64,000 nucleotides of DNA, from the NCBI GenBank assembly GCA_027622715.1, contig JAQBYN010000015.1:11745-75744 (forward strand), read 5' to 3'. Source of the stretch: Pseudomonadota bacterium. Lineage in GTDB: Bacteria; Pseudomonadota; Alphaproteobacteria; SHVP01. Below, in pieces: positions 61,269 through 64,000 of this stretch. How positions within the stretch are numbered: the stretch's first letter is position 1; every line of letters begins with the position of its first letter. Both the position numbers and the translations under genes were made by a program. Under the pieces are notes generated by a model, which saw only the letters and a list, made by a program, of their open reading frames with translations, was not told the origin of the DNA and ran no database searches.

Positions 61269-61283
61269 GCGACATGTTGCCGC
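61269..61283 (-). promoter_or_regulatory. RegA/RegR/PrrA box upstream of petABC
   Basis: The minus strand reads GCGGC-AACAT-GTCGC, matching GCGGC-N5-GTCGC. Confidence 0.6.
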
Positions 61284-61336
61284 AGCGCAATATATTGGCC
61301 GGTCCCAGCCAGACTCCGCTCGAAGTTGAAACCCAA

Positions 61337-61825
61337 ATGCGCCTCGCCCTGTACCAGCCTGACATTCCGCAAAACCTAGGGACGCTTATCCGCCTCGGGG
61401 CATGCCTCGGCGTTCCGCTAGATATCGTCGAGCCCTGCGGATTCCCCTTCGGCGACCGCAGTTTAAAGCGGGCGGCGATGGATTATGCGGCGGCCGCATC
61501 TATCACCCGCCACACTTCGTGGGCGGCATTTTGCCGCGCCCGAGGGGGTGCCCGACTGGTTTTGCTGACAACCAAAGCGAGTACGACGTACCAAGATTTC
61601 GCTTTTGAACCGGATGATTGTCTTTTAGTTGGCAGCGAAAGTAGCGGCGTTCCTGAAACGGTTCACGCAGAGGCCGACCATCGCCTGTGCATTCCGATGA
61701 AACCCGGCCTGCGATCGCTCAATGTGGCCATCGCTGCCGCAATGGTCGTCGGCGAGGCCTTGCGTCAAACTCGCGCTCTGGCCGCGTATGATAGTCAATC
61801 GGCAAAGGACACCCCGCATGGATGA
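61337..61825 (+). CDS. trmL: tRNA (cytidine(34)-2'-O)-methyltransferase
   Basis: [32 protein letters not shown]. Confidence 0.93.
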   Translation: MRLALYQPDIPQNLGTLIRLGACLGVPLDIVEPCGFPFGDRSLKRAAMDYAAAASITRHTSWAAFCRARGGARLVLLTTKASTTYQDFAFEPDDCLLVGSESSGVPETVHAEADHRLCIPMKPGLRSLNVAIAAAMVVGEALRQTRALAAYDSQSAKDTPHG

Positions 61826-62669
61826 AAATTTCGAGGCCCACCAAGTCGCCGCCGCAGAATGGTTCGAAATCCTGCGTGATCGGATTTGCGCTGCGTTCGA
61901 AGCGATCGAGGACGACCACGCCGGCACCAACCGCGACAAACCCGCCGGTCGCTTCGCGCGCAAGACTTGGGCACGACCTGGCGGCGGCGGCGGCACGATG
62001 TCGACCATGAAGGGCCGCGTCTTTGAGAAAGTCGGTGTCAACATTTCGACCGTCCACGGAACGTTCTCGGAGGAATTTCGGAAGAATATTCCCGGTGCCG
62101 AAAAGGACGGAGGATTTTGGGCAGGCGGGATTTCGCTTGTCGGGCATATGTGTTCGCCCGTGGTGCCAGCCGTGCATATGAACACGCGGTTTATCACGAC
62201 CAGCAAGGCTTGGTTCGGCGGCGGCGCGGACCTGACGCCAATGATTGCGAACGACGCTGATACCGAGACATTTCACGCCGCGCTGCGCGGCGCGTGTGAT
62301 CGGTTCGACCCCGCCTACTACGACAAATTCAAAAAATGGTGCGACGAATATTTTTTCATCAAACACCGAGACGAACCGCGCGGGGTAGGTGGAATATTTT
62401 ACGACTACCTTGATTCCGGAAATTGGGATGACGACTTCGGCTTCACGCGCGCGGTCGGCGAAACGTTCGAGACGGTCTACCCGAAAATCGTCCGACAGCA
62501 CTTCGACGAACCCTGGACCGAGGAACAGCGCGAACACCAGCTGGTCCGGCGTGGGCGCTACGTGGAATTCAATCTTGTCTATGACCGAGGTACGCAGTTC
62601 GGCCTCAAGACCGGCGGCAATGTCGAGGCAATCCTCATGTCGCTGCCGCCCGAGGTGAAGTGGCCGTGA
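61818..62669 (+). CDS. hemF: Oxygen-dependent coproporphyrinogen III oxidase
   Basis: [53 protein letters not shown]. Confidence 0.97.
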   Translation: MDENFEAHQVAAAEWFEILRDRICAAFEAIEDDHAGTNRDKPAGRFARKTWARPGGGGGTMSTMKGRVFEKVGVNISTVHGTFSEEFRKNIPGAEKDGGFWAGGISLVGHMCSPVVPAVHMNTRFITTSKAWFGGGADLTPMIANDADTETFHAALRGACDRFDPAYYDKFKKWCDEYFFIKHRDEPRGVGGIFYDYLDSGNWDDDFGFTRAVGETFETVYPKIVRQHFDEPWTEEQREHQLVRRGRYVEFNLVYDRGTQFGLKTGGNVEAILMSLPPEVKWP

Positions 62670-62751
62670 CGAGCACTCGACCCGACTGCTGGTCAGTCGC
62701 GCGGGGCCTCCTTAGGATGGCCGTACGCACCCCTGCACCTGATGAGCCGCA

Positions 62752-63297
62752 ATGAGATTCATCGCCGCCGTTCTCGTCGCCATCCTGGCCACCGTCTCTG
62801 CCCAAGCCGCAGAGGCTGGGGTTAAAGATTTCTATGGCCGGTGGCTCGGCGAAGGGATCGCCGAGACCGAGACCGGCGAAGATACCGAGCGCGAATTGCG
62901 CGGACTGGAAGTGATTGTCCGAGATCATCCCTCCGGGTTCCAATTGTGTTGGTCGACCATCCGCGCCACGCCCGGCCGACCCGATCGCCAGAGTTTCGCC
63001 ATGATGCTGTTCGCCCCGACTGGCGAACCGGAGTCCTGGAAAGCAATCTTCTCGGCCGACGGCTCGGCGAGCCAAGGGAGCGCACGAGCCGAACTCAAAG
63101 ACCAAACTCTTCGCGTCTTTAATCGCGCGGTGCGAGAGGACGGCAAGATCGAATTGCAGATCTACGAGAGAAGCCTGACCCGCGGTGGAATGGACCTGCA
63201 TTTCACGCGGTTCGACGATGACCGTTTGGTGCGCGTCGTTCAGGGACGACTAGAACCCGCGGCGCAAAACAGCGGCAATTCGGCATCGTGGTGTTGA
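62752..63297 (+). CDS. Exported hypothetical protein, predicted beta-barrel (paralogue 1)
   Basis: Signal peptide ending AQA; shares motifs with the next ORF. Confidence 0.75.
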   Translation: MRFIAAVLVAILATVSAQAAEAGVKDFYGRWLGEGIAETETGEDTERELRGLEVIVRDHPSGFQLCWSTIRATPGRPDRQSFAMMLFAPTGEPESWKAIFSADGSASQGSARAELKDQTLRVFNRAVREDGKIELQIYERSLTRGGMDLHFTRFDDDRLVRVVQGRLEPAAQNSGNSASWC

Positions 63298-63355
63298 GCA
63301 ATTGGTCGCGAGGCCCGCGCTTCGCTAAACTCGGCGCAATAGGTGGGAGATCGAG

Positions 63356-63901
63356 ATGACGCGTTTAAGGATTGCTTTGGTCGCCGTGACGGTCGCTGCG
63401 CTACTTGGCGGCACGGCGTGGGCCCAGTCCACGGTCAACATTGCCGCGTTCTACGGCAAATGGTCTGGCAGTGCGATTTCCGAAAGCAATATCAGCATCA
63501 ACTTCCAACTGACCGCGCGCGACATGGATATCGAGGTGCGTCCAGCCGGCACCGGTTTCACGGTCATCTGGACGACCGTGCTGCGCCAAAGCGGCAACCC
63601 GAATGCGCCGACCGCAGAACGGCGGTCGACCGAACTTAGCTTCGAGCCGACATCGCGGCCCAACGTGTGGCGCGCGGTGGGCTCAAATGACCCGCTCATC
63701 GACGAACGCTTTGCCTGGGCCCGCCTCACCAAACAAACGCTCACGATTCATACCTTGGTGATTCGCGATGACGGCGGCTACGACATGCAGATCTACGATC
63801 GCGCGCTGAAACCGACCGGCATGGAATTGGAATTTACGGCGTTTCGGGATGGCGAAGAGCGGCGCACCGCGAAGGGGCGGTTGGTCAAGGTCGCGAATTA
63901 G
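63356..63901 (+). CDS. Exported hypothetical protein, predicted beta-barrel (paralogue 2)
   Basis: Signal peptide ending AWA, SD GGGAG; shares motifs with the previous ORF. Confidence 0.8.
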   Translation: MTRLRIALVAVTVAALLGGTAWAQSTVNIAAFYGKWSGSAISESNISINFQLTARDMDIEVRPAGTGFTVIWTTVLRQSGNPNAPTAERRSTELSFEPTSRPNVWRAVGSNDPLIDERFAWARLTKQTLTIHTLVIRDDGGYDMQIYDRALKPTGMELEFTAFRDGEERRTAKGRLVKVAN

Positions 63902-64000
63902 ACCGCCGCCGACCCGCCGGCCACTTGCCGTTCCAAATCGCGAAGTTTGCGCAAACAAGCTCTGCGATCGGCGGCAAAATCCCCGGCTATCCACCATGCT

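Overview
GC-rich, gene-dense core chromosomal segment of an alphaproteobacterium (the gene order resembles Rhodospirillales/Hyphomicrobiales; the taxonomy is inferred). No transposase, integrase, phage, CRISPR, tRNA or rRNA gene was recognised. The window carries carB-greA, a hybrid sensor kinase, lrp, an ELM1-like gene, trxB and an LsrB/VtlR-like LysR followed by a likely anti-Shine-Dalgarno sRNA. It continues with a 5'-nucleotidase, rsgA, msrP with no adjacent msrQ, an atypical EF-G paralogue, panE, an aspartate aminotransferase, an FNT channel, uvrB, a YeeE/YedE pair, folB, uvrC-pgsA-mobB-moeA-moaDE, ilvE/MarR-OmpR-EnvZ-like, ybjN-proC-csaA, ubiK/lgt-midA-pgeF, prs-rplY-pth-ychF, a flavin oxidoreductase with a TRAP transporter, petABC, trmL-hemF and two paralogous exported proteins of unknown function. 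The best candidate for an under-described system is the mtnP-apt-mtnA-[class II aldolase::SDR fusion]-VOC cluster. It looks like a DHAP-shunt MTA/5'-deoxyadenosine salvage pathway with the aldehyde oxidoreductase fused to the aldolase. Other leads are the LysR-linked sRNA, an nrd-like regulatory region upstream of ybjN (tandem NrdR-like boxes, six GANTC sites, a perfect DnaA box), an Asp-to-Tyr change at the cytochrome b Qi site, and an SD-sequestering leader on the EF-G paralogue. All assignments come from motif recognition by eye; no database searches were run.
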